Shown here: in pieces, positions 57,305 to 64,000 of the stretch
How positions within the stretch are numbered: the stretch's first letter is position 1
Layout of the letters: each line of letters opens with the position of its first letter
DNA from: Verrucomicrobiia bacterium
Lineage (GTDB): Bacteria; Verrucomicrobiota; Verrucomicrobiia; Limisphaerales; UBA1319
Length of the DNA stretch: 64,000 nucleotides
Reading direction: 5' to 3'
Assembly (NCBI GenBank): GCA_963664225.1
Contig: OY760937.1
Location: forward strand, 4,096,001-4,160,000
Position numbers and translations under genes: made by a program
The notes under the pieces: model-generated
Database searches by the model: none
Told to the model about the DNA's origin: nothing
Seen by the model: the letters and a program-made list of their open reading frames with translations, nothing else

Positions 57305-57766
57305 ATGGCCATGTCGGACATACTGAATAACTCCAAGGCGCGTCGCGATTACAATATTCTGGAAACCGTCGAGGCGGGCATCGCTTTGCACGGGACGGAA
57401 GTAAAATCCCTGCGTGGGGGCAAGGGGCAGATACGGGATGCGTTCGCGCTGGTGGAACGCGGCGAGGTGTTTCTTCACAACGCGCACATCGACGAGTATT
57501 CCTTCGGCAACCTCCAGAACCACCAGCCCAAGTCCGTCCGCAAACTGCTCCTCCACAAGTCCGAGATTCGTCGCCTAAGCTCCAGCCTTGCGGCCAAGGG
57601 GACGGCGCTGGTGCCGCTGTCGTTTTATTGGAAAAACGGCAAGGTGAAGGTTCTGCTGGCCGTGGGCAAGGGCAAGGCGGAATACGACAAGCGGGAGACG
57701 ATGAAAGAGCAGGAGGCGGATCGGGAGTTGAAGCGGGCCACAATGCACCGGTTCAAGGGGCGCTAG
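57305..57766 (+). CDS. smpB: SsrA-binding protein
   Basis: EAGIALHGTEVKSLR, RKLLLHK, GKAEYDKRE. Confidence 0.96.
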   Translation: MAMSDILNNSKARRDYNILETVEAGIALHGTEVKSLRGGKGQIRDAFALVERGEVFLHNAHIDEYSFGNLQNHQPKSVRKLLLHKSEIRRLSSSLAAKGTALVPLSFYWKNGKVKVLLAVGKGKAEYDKRETMKEQEADRELKRATMHRFKGR

Positions 57767-57845
57767 ACGATCGAAGGGTCGCCCGACGCGGGTCAATAGA
57801 CGGTTCGCATGTTCCAAATTCTCCCATCCTTCTGATCTGTACACG

Positions 57846-57872
57846 AAAAAACGAGGTCCGGAGACCTCGTTT
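57846..57872. terminator. Bidirectional terminator between smpB and rpmB
   Basis: AAACGAGGTC / GACCTCGTTT. Confidence 0.75.
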
Positions 57873-57891
57873 CAAATTGGTCGCGGAACGC

Positions 57892-58164
57892 TTAGGCCTT
57901 GGCGGCTGCGGCGGTCGGCTTCACATAGGTGCGCTTGAGAGGCTTGGTGACCAAACCCTTCTTCAAAGCCTTCGCGCAGACCTTGATATAACGCACTTCG
58001 CCATTGATCACGGCCTTGACGCGTTTCAAATTGACCATGAAGCGTCGTTTGGTAATCGCTGTAACATGCGTACCAATACCACCGCTCTTCTTGGCTTTAC
58101 CACTGCGCCAGATAATGTTGCCCTTAACGGGGCGCTTTCCAGTCAATTCACAAATTTTAGCCAT
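57892..58164 (-). CDS. rpmB: 50S ribosomal protein L28
   Basis: MAKICELTGKRP..TKRRFMVNL. Confidence 0.92.
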   Translation of the reverse strand: MAKICELTGKRPVKGNIIWRSGKAKKSGGIGTHVTAITKRRFMVNLKRVKAVINGEVRYIKVCAKALKKGLVTKPLKRTYVKPTAAAAKA

Positions 58165-58435
58165 ATACCATTCTTTCGCTCTAAAAGAGGGGACAAGCTA
58201 ATAATTACATCGGCCCACCGCAAGCCAAATTTTGGATTTTTTGCAGGGCAGGCGGCTTTTGGATCATTTCAAGTGTGGATGCGAGGCGTTTAAACAGTCG
58301 CCCTGGCGCCGTGGTTCCCGGAATGCAGCAGTTTTTGCCATGATAATACGGGATGACGGGTGTCCGGTGCTCCTGCGAGCAGAGGACGGCCTGAAATGGA
58401 ATTGATTTATACGATGGATCGCACCATAAGTGAGC

Positions 58436-61400
58436 ATGCCCAATGCAAGACCTTCAAATCCTTTCTGGAGCCGCCGTGATTTTCTGTCGGGGCTGGCGCA
58501 AATAGGCGTGGTATGCACTGTCGCACCCGTACCGATGGCGTGGGGAGAGGAAACGCCCGCAACGGGAATTCCGGACCCGGTGCTGACCTTTCCAGGTCCA
58601 TGGAGTTTTAATCGACCCAAAGCGGGGCTCATCCTGGTGACCGACCAGCAATTGGACGATTTGCAGGATCCCGACAAGGAAGTGGATGTCAGCCTGTCTT
58701 CGACACCCAACCGGATCACGTTGCGGAGTTTTTGCGCGCAACAACAGGCCGCCGGGGTTCGCACCATCATTCTGGCGTTCGACCACTTTTTCGCCCAATA
58801 CCGGAAGGGGCAGGGGGAAAAAGGCCGCGAGTATATGCCGGATACGGATGCCTACCTCCAGCGCATCCAAAAGATCAGCCAGACGCTGAAAGAATACGGC
58901 CTGGGTCTGGAATTGAGCCTGCTCAGTCCACTGGAACTGGGGCCGGGGTATCGCAAGCAAACGGGCGGTCATGGCCGCTGGGTGCAATACCGCGAAGGAG
59001 TGCGCGACGCGAAGACCGGCTTTTACGATGTGCAACTCTGGGAGCACCGACGCTGGACCAATAACAAGGGAACCATCGATGTGCGGCGCGATGGCGTGCG
59101 CGTATTCGCGTTTAAGGAGCAACGCGTGGGGGGAACTGCTTTCTACGCGGTGAACCCGGCTGAAATTGTGGAGTTGAAAGAAAAGCCGGAGTTGCGCGAG
59201 TGGGAGGGGGCGTCGGTGGATGTGGGAGGGAGTTTCTCCGCGCGCCGACTCAGTGTCAGCGGAAGCGGGGATGCGCAGGCGGTGGGACTGGACCGTGTGC
59301 TGGTGGTTGTTTCCTATGACACGCCGGAACTGGATTATTTCAGTCCCCAGGCCGCGCCTTTCCTGAAAAGTCTGGTTCAACGTTACCACGAGGCGGGGGT
59401 GCCATTGAACGGGCTTTACTCGGACGAAATGCACATCCAGCAGGACTGGGTTTATAGCGGGCATCACGACGAGGGCCAATTCACGCTGCGATATCTGACG
59501 CAATCCATGGCGGAGGCCTTTGCTTCAACCTACGGTGCCGAATTCAAGGACTTCGAAAAGTATCTGGTCTATTTTTGCTACGGCCAGCATGGATTTTTAT
59601 CCAACCTGGATGCGCGGCTGCAGGACCAGCATGTGTTGGATGGCTCGCCTGAGGGCATCCAGCGCACGTTCCTGCTGCGACGCCGGTATTATGATTTGCT
59701 GGATCGGACCGTGATCGGGTTGTTCACCGGGGCCAGGGAGTATGCCGAATCCCTCTATGGGCACGCGCTTGAAGCCCGTGCTCACGCGACCTGGGCGCAG
59801 AGTCCGACGATTGATTACTGGGAGCGGGGCAATCAACCGCACGCCCCCAAGCAATACGAATACACGCCGGATTTTCAGTGGTCGAACACCATCCAGCAAT
59901 CTGCCGCAGCCTGCGCGGATTACTTTCGGTGGAACGATTTTCTCACGGGCGGGGGTAACGACCATGCCGAAGGGGGCTGGTCCGACCGCGACTACTATGC
60001 CCTGGCGCTGGCGTGTTCAACGGGGATTCTCAACCGGGTTCCGTATGCCTATGCGGCGCACTGGGGGATGCCTGCGGCGGCCTCCGAGCGACGACAGGCC
60101 CTTGTGGATGCCTATGGGACATCAGCGCAGCCTTCGTTTCAGGCAATCGAAAACTCGGAGCATCGCGACGTGGAGGTGCTGATGTTGTATCCGCTTTCGC
60201 TGGTTGCGTGCGAGGAACGTTTTGGGAGTTGGATGACGCAATACGGCTACGCGAACTACGTCACTGCGGAACGGTTGTTGTCCGCGGGCAAAGTGACGGG
60301 GGACGGGCGGATCGCCATGGCCGGACGCAGTTTCAGCACGTTGGCCGCGCTGTTTGAACCGCTGCCTCCGGCGGGCTTGATGGAATTTCTGGAGGACTTT
60401 GTCAACAAGGGCGGGCGCTTGATCTGGTCGGGCCCACCGCCGCGACTGGATATGAGCGGCACGGCGATTTTGGAGCGCTGGCAGAATCTCATGGGAGTGC
60501 AGCGTCTGGACTTCGCTCAGGAAGGACTTTCCGCACCGGGTCAAATGGTTGAATTCGAGGGCGCGCTCCAAACGGTTCCCAAACAAACCATCCTCACTGC
60601 GTTCCTCGTGGATCGTGTGTATCCGGTCGCGCCGCAGAAAGAGGCGGGTGTTCTTGCGCGAGTGGATGGAAAAATCACGGGCACCAGCCGCAAAACGGCG
60701 CAGGGCGGAAGCGCGGTTTATCTGGGATTCCGTCCCCGCGACGACCAGGCGGCCTCGCTGGGTTATGAAACGCGGACCTGGTTTGAGATTCTCAAGGCGT
60801 TGGGGGCGTATCCAAAGACACGGGAGAACGTGCCCACGCAGGATAATCCGAGTGTGTTGTCCCGGGAAAATCCCTGGCTGGCGTGCCGTTTCCCGAACGG
60901 GACAGTGACCGTGGCCGTGCATTACAATCGTCATGTGGAAAGCTGGCCGGGCGGATTCCAGCGCAATCCCAAGGAGGACGAAACCATCCTGGCGGGCAAT
61001 CCACTTCCACCCGACCGTCTGGAGCTTAATGCGATCTGGATCAACGGTTGGAAGGTAAGTTACCGGGGGCGTTTGCTGGTGGCATTTCGCGCGGGTGAGG
61101 GCAATACCCTGCTGGCCTTTGGCGGCTATGATTGTGAGCGGATTGTCATCAACGACCGGGAGCATCGCTTCGCGGACAAGCCCATGCCGCATCTGGCCTG
61201 GGCGCCTGTGGCCACGAACCGGCGTGTGACTGGCGGGGCGGTGATGGAGATTTGGGCGGTGGGTGACGCCCTCATAAGTATTCCGTTGCCCCCGGACGCA
61301 ATGAAGGGAAAACTGTTTTTCGCGGGAACCAAACTTGGTTCGCTGGGTGGCGAGATTCCATCCGAGTGCAGGGAAGGCGTCCTGCATTTTGAGTCAAAAT

Positions 61401-61438
61401 CCAGTTGGCCGCAAAAGCACTTGTATTGGGGTGTATGA
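58436..61438 (+). CDS. Large Tat-exported hypothetical protein, possibly glycoside hydrolase-like
   Basis: SRRDFLSG leader; ~1000-aa uninterrupted ORF; GLYSDEMH. Confidence 0.7.
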   Translation: MPNARPSNPFWSRRDFLSGLAQIGVVCTVAPVPMAWGEETPATGIPDPVLTFPGPWSFNRPKAGLILVTDQQLDDLQDPDKEVDVSLSSTPNRITLRSFCAQQQAAGVRTIILAFDHFFAQYRKGQGEKGREYMPDTDAYLQRIQKISQTLKEYGLGLELSLLSPLELGPGYRKQTGGHGRWVQYREGVRDAKTGFYDVQLWEHRRWTNNKGTIDVRRDGVRVFAFKEQRVGGTAFYAVNPAEIVELKEKPELREWEGASVDVGGSFSARRLSVSGSGDAQAVGLDRVLVVVSYDTPELDYFSPQAAPFLKSLVQRYHEAGVPLNGLYSDEMHIQQDWVYSGHHDEGQFTLRYLTQSMAEAFASTYGAEFKDFEKYLVYFCYGQHGFLSNLDARLQDQHVLDGSPEGIQRTFLLRRRYYDLLDRTVIGLFTGAREYAESLYGHALEARAHATWAQSPTIDYWERGNQPHAPKQYEYTPDFQWSNTIQQSAAACADYFRWNDFLTGGGNDHAEGGWSDRDYYALALACSTGILNRVPYAYAAHWGMPAAASERRQALVDAYGTSAQPSFQAIENSEHRDVEVLMLYPLSLVACEERFGSWMTQYGYANYVTAERLLSAGKVTGDGRIAMAGRSFSTLAALFEPLPPAGLMEFLEDFVNKGGRLIWSGPPPRLDMSGTAILERWQNLMGVQRLDFAQEGLSAPGQMVEFEGALQTVPKQTILTAFLVDRVYPVAPQKEAGVLARVDGKITGTSRKTAQGGSAVYLGFRPRDDQAASLGYETRTWFEILKALGAYPKTRENVPTQDNPSVLSRENPWLACRFPNGTVTVAVHYNRHVESWPGGFQRNPKEDETILAGNPLPPDRLELNAIWINGWKVSYRGRLLVAFRAGEGNTLLAFGGYDCERIVINDREHRFADKPMPHLAWAPVATNRRVTGGAVMEIWAVGDALISIPLPPDAMKGKLFFAGTKLGSLGGEIPSECREGVLHFESKSSWPQKHLYWGV

Positions 61439-61583
61439 CAAAATTCGTCGGTAAGAAAAAAGTCCCTTAGAGCCCCATCCCTCCAACTCCCTCTCCGCTC
61501 GTGCCTCGCAGGGCGGGAGAGAAGATATGCGGCACGGTCACGCTCGTGCCAATTCAGGTTTGGGGCGAGAGTGAGGAATTTTA

Positions 61584-62114
61584 TCACGCACCTGTCGTCT
61601 GCAGCGATTTGGCAGGTGGCAACATCAATTGCAGATAGATTGCATCGAACCTTTGATTGAACTTCTGGCCGACATCCCGCAAGTGCGCGACCTTCTGGAA
61701 TCCGAATTTCTCGTGCAGTCGAAGGCTCGGTGTCTGATCTGCGGAGATGTTTGCAAGAATGGAACGCAGGCCCGAGCGCCGCGCGGCATCAATCAGTGCC
61801 TGGAGCAACTGACTCCCAATCCGCTGACGGTGAAAATCATGATGCACATAGATGGAGTCTTCCAGCATGCCCGCGGCAGTGTAGGCCGCCCGGAATGAGC
61901 CGAGCGCGCCCCAGCCGACGACGCGCCCGTCATGCTCGGCAACCACAATGGGCATGGACGGTGTGTGCTCCTGATACCAGGCGATGCGTTCGGCTTCCGA
62001 ACACGGTTGCGTGGTCCAAACGCAAGTGGAGTGCGCCACGTAATGATTGTAGATCGCGTTGATTTCGGTGAGGTCGGCGGAACTGCCCGGTCGGATGATG
62101 AGGTGGTCCATCAT
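61584..62114 (-). CDS. GNAT N-acetyltransferase (YncA/phosphinothricin acetyltransferase-like), distal gene of array 2
   Basis: IYNHYV, EDSIYV, QRIGSQLL, SLRLHEKFGF, VGQKF. Confidence 0.88.
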   Translation of the reverse strand: MMDHLIIRPGSSADLTEINAIYNHYVAHSTCVWTTQPCSEAERIAWYQEHTPSMPIVVAEHDGRVVGWGALGSFRAAYTAAGMLEDSIYVHHDFHRQRIGSQLLQALIDAARRSGLRSILANISADQTPSLRLHEKFGFQKVAHLRDVGQKFNQRFDAIYLQLMLPPAKSLQTTGA

Positions 62115-62154
62115 GGATTCGAGACTTTCAGGCAATGCAGGATTTGTCGGTGGT

Positions 62155-62254
62155 GGTAAACGTGGAGGGGTTAGGCGCTCGGGGGTGAGGACATGAACCG
62201 CGTGCGGAACTGGAGACGCCATTCCGTCTTGCCTGTTGCGATATTTTGTCAGGC
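62155..62254 (-). other. Degenerate attC site
   Basis: GCCTGAC...CAGTTCCGC.CGCGGTTCA...GTTTACC; same family as neighbours. Confidence 0.55.
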
Positions 62255-62278
62255 TGCTGGTCGTAAATCATCTGCGTA

Positions 62279-62581
62279 TCAAGTCAAAGCCCTGCCTTTT
62301 CTCTCTCGCCACGCAGCCCAGGCCAACATGACGAGATACTGCGCTATCCAGCCGATCAACAAAGCTGGCACCGCACTCCAAAGCAATGTCTCAACAAAAA
62401 AGCGCCAAATGTCATGGGTGATTCTGTAATCAGTCTGGTGCAAATAGCTCATCAAATAACCCCAGTCCGAAATCATCGAACCCTTCACATCGCGTGTCCT
62501 CGCCCAACTATAAACTATCGGCGGGACGCTAAGCGCCATCCATAGCCACCAATTTATCTTTAGCTTGCGATGAATTTCCAT
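62279..62581 (-). CDS. Membrane cassette protein (100 aa)
   Basis: Between attC sites; cassette start GTTAGGTTGCT complements end AGCAGCCTGAC. Confidence 0.7.
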   Translation of the reverse strand: MEIHRKLKINWWLWMALSVPPIVYSWARTRDVKGSMISDWGYLMSYLHQTDYRITHDIWRFFVETLLWSAVPALLIGWIAQYLVMLAWAAWRERKGRALT

Positions 62582-62592
62582 ACGCGTAAGCA

Positions 62593-62691
62593 ACCTAACG
62601 TGGATAGATGAGCCGACGCTGACTCGCGGCGTGAAGCGCGTCAACGGAATAGGCCGCGACAACGGCGGTTGGACCAGGAGATCGGTTAGGC
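62593..62691 (-). other. attC site (99 bp)
   Basis: GCCTAAC...GTTAGGT. Confidence 0.85.
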
Positions 62692-62964
62692 CACGTTGTG
62701 ACTCTCTGAAACATGACTCTTGCGTGTGTAAATGCTCCGCAATCGCTGCCAAATCCATAAGGCGACAGTATCAACAGTAGCAAAAATGAGTGCGTAAAGG
62801 CCGCCCCAAAGTACGCGGTCTGAAACCGTCGCTATGTCCTTGATAACCTTCCGCTCGGGATAAACGACGTATAGGTTGTAGTCGCCGATGCTCGCGAAAC
62901 ACGCCCACGCCACTAGGAGCGTCACAAAGAAAACGGTGGTGCAAGTGATTCGCATACGTTTCAT
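62686..62964 (-). CDS. Two-transmembrane cassette protein (92 aa)
   Basis: ATG follows GTTAGGCC; the stop codon lies in the attC R'' (GCCTAA). Confidence 0.75.
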   Translation of the reverse strand: MKRMRITCTTVFFVTLLVAWACFASIGDYNLYVVYPERKVIKDIATVSDRVLWGGLYALIFATVDTVALWIWQRLRSIYTRKSHVSESHNVA

Positions 62965-62965
62965 G

Positions 62966-63064
62966 GCCTAACGACAAAAGTTGATCCACCGCCGTGTTGT
63001 GGCGTGAAGCCAGATAGCGGAACGGACCGAGACAACGGCGGATGGAGCCGGAGAGTGGGTAGAT
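62966..63064 (-). other. attC site (99 bp, R'' ACC)
   Basis: ATCTACC...GGATCA-N9-GTTAGGC. Confidence 0.8.
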
Positions 63065-63071
63065 GACTTCA

Positions 63072-63467
63072 TCAGTCAATGGCGTTAAGCAGTGAAGGAA
63101 CCGCACCCGCAAACCAAACGAACAATCCGATGCTCCACGTTCCAATTCGGAAAGCAAAAGCACCCCGGCGGAATGGCAAGGGGACGACCTGACCGAGAGC
63201 GGCCAGTCCCAGAAAGGAGGCGCAGGCGGGCAAGCACCACCGGGCGGCCATCCATGCAGCACCATCGCCTGGTCTGGCGATGATGCCGGCGAACGGGCCT
63301 GTAACTGTGGCCAGCGTCGCCCTGAGGACAAGCGGGAGGTCGTGGTGTATTGCCCTCCAGTTCATCAGGCAGCAAAACAACACGAGCGCCATAAACGCTG
63401 CCAATAGTCCACCGGCGACAAAGACGTGAGCACGCGTGAAGTTATTTCGAAGGCGTAACATCGTCAT
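63072..63467 (-). CDS. Membrane cassette protein (131 aa)
   Basis: ATG overlaps GTTAGATG; 3-4 hydrophobic segments. Confidence 0.75.
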   Translation of the reverse strand: MTMLRLRNNFTRAHVFVAGGLLAAFMALVLFCCLMNWRAIHHDLPLVLRATLATVTGPFAGIIARPGDGAAWMAARWCLPACASFLGLAALGQVVPLPFRRGAFAFRIGTWSIGLFVWFAGAVPSLLNAID

Positions 63468-63564
63468 CTAACGTAAAAAGCTGATCCACCGCCAACTTGC
63501 GGCGTGAACCGCGACAGCGGAACGCGCCGAGACAAGGGTGGCGAGCTCCGGAGAGTGGGTAGCA
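63466..63564 (-). other. attC site (99 bp, R'' ACC)
   Basis: TGCTACC...GGATCA-N9-GTTAGAT. Confidence 0.8.
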
Positions 63565-63570
63565 TCAGGC

Positions 63571-63816
63571 TCATTTTTCCCTAAAAATCTTCCTTTCCAA
63601 CTCGGTGTAATGGCCAGTCTCCAGTTTGTGTGGCGTGAGAATAGAACAGGAAAGTTCTCGTGACATATCATCGGCGAAAGTGTGGAAATGCTCATTCGCT
63701 TCCGGGTCGGTGAGCAGCCCGTCTAACTGCTTCCGAAGATTTGTCGCCTCGGTCACGGTCAGATAAAGCTGCAACACCATTACTGACTGTTCTCGTTCTG
63801 TGTCTAAAATGCGCAT
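63571..63816 (-). CDS. Small soluble cassette protein (81 aa)
   Basis: MRILDTEREQ..; bounded by attC sites. Confidence 0.7.
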   Translation of the reverse strand: MRILDTEREQSVMVLQLYLTVTEATNLRKQLDGLLTDPEANEHFHTFADDMSRELSCSILTPHKLETGHYTELERKIFREK

Positions 63817-63836
63817 AAAAGTGGTGGTGCAGTGAT

Positions 63837-63935
63837 TCCTAACCTTGAAAGTTGATCCGCCGCCGACTCGCGGCGTGAACCGCGACAGCGGAACGGACCG
63901 AGACAAGGGTGGTTGGTGACGGGGACTGGTTAGAC
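63837..63935 (-). other. attC site (99 bp)
   Basis: GTCTAAC...GGATCA-N9-GTTAGGA; the array continues beyond the window. Confidence 0.85.
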
Positions 63936-64000
63936 GCATGTCTCATCTCAAAATCGTGCCGAATGATAAATAAAATGTGCGCGATTCTCCTCTGAAAATG

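Noticed and set aside
57766..57892. tmRNA gene next to smpB
   Set aside because: The gap is too short and lacks tRNA-like ends
60122..61387. Long antisense ORFs (also 38041-39432, 48774-49982, 44610-45752 and others)
   Set aside because: Shadow frames of well-supported genes in GC-rich DNA
62593..63935. Regularly spaced repeats as a CRISPR array
   Set aside because: Repeats are 99 bp, separated by whole ORFs, with attC-type ends; no cas genes present

Overview
A 64 kb, GC-rich bacterial chromosomal window. Gene order (murD-LysM-ftsW, divergent ftsZ, rpoZ-smpB-rpmB) suggests the PVC superphylum, probably Verrucomicrobia; this is an inference. Core blocks are fabD-fabG-acpP-fabF, a full dcw cluster (mraZ to ftsZ), rnr, tRNA-Ala(CGC), HU, smpB, rpoZ and rpmB. 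Accessory content: (1) an expanded ars operon (arsR-arsC-C_GCAxxG_C_C protein-Tat diheme cytochrome-arsM fused to an AhpD/CMD-like domain-acr3) next to vapBC, with relic fragments of earlier acr3 and vapC genes; (2) secreted glycan-active proteins and an ECF sigma operon; (3) two separate minus-strand integron cassette arrays about 38 kb apart with no integrase in the window. Array 1 (about 20.26-23.7 kb) begins at an attI-like site with no intI and its attC core sites decay with distance. Array 2 (61.6 kb to window end) has mostly 99-bp attC sites. Array 1 is flanked by strand-biased short repeat modules and REP-like hairpins, into which a tandem pair of IS3-family elements with atypical ends has inserted. 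All calls were made by eye; no database searches were run.
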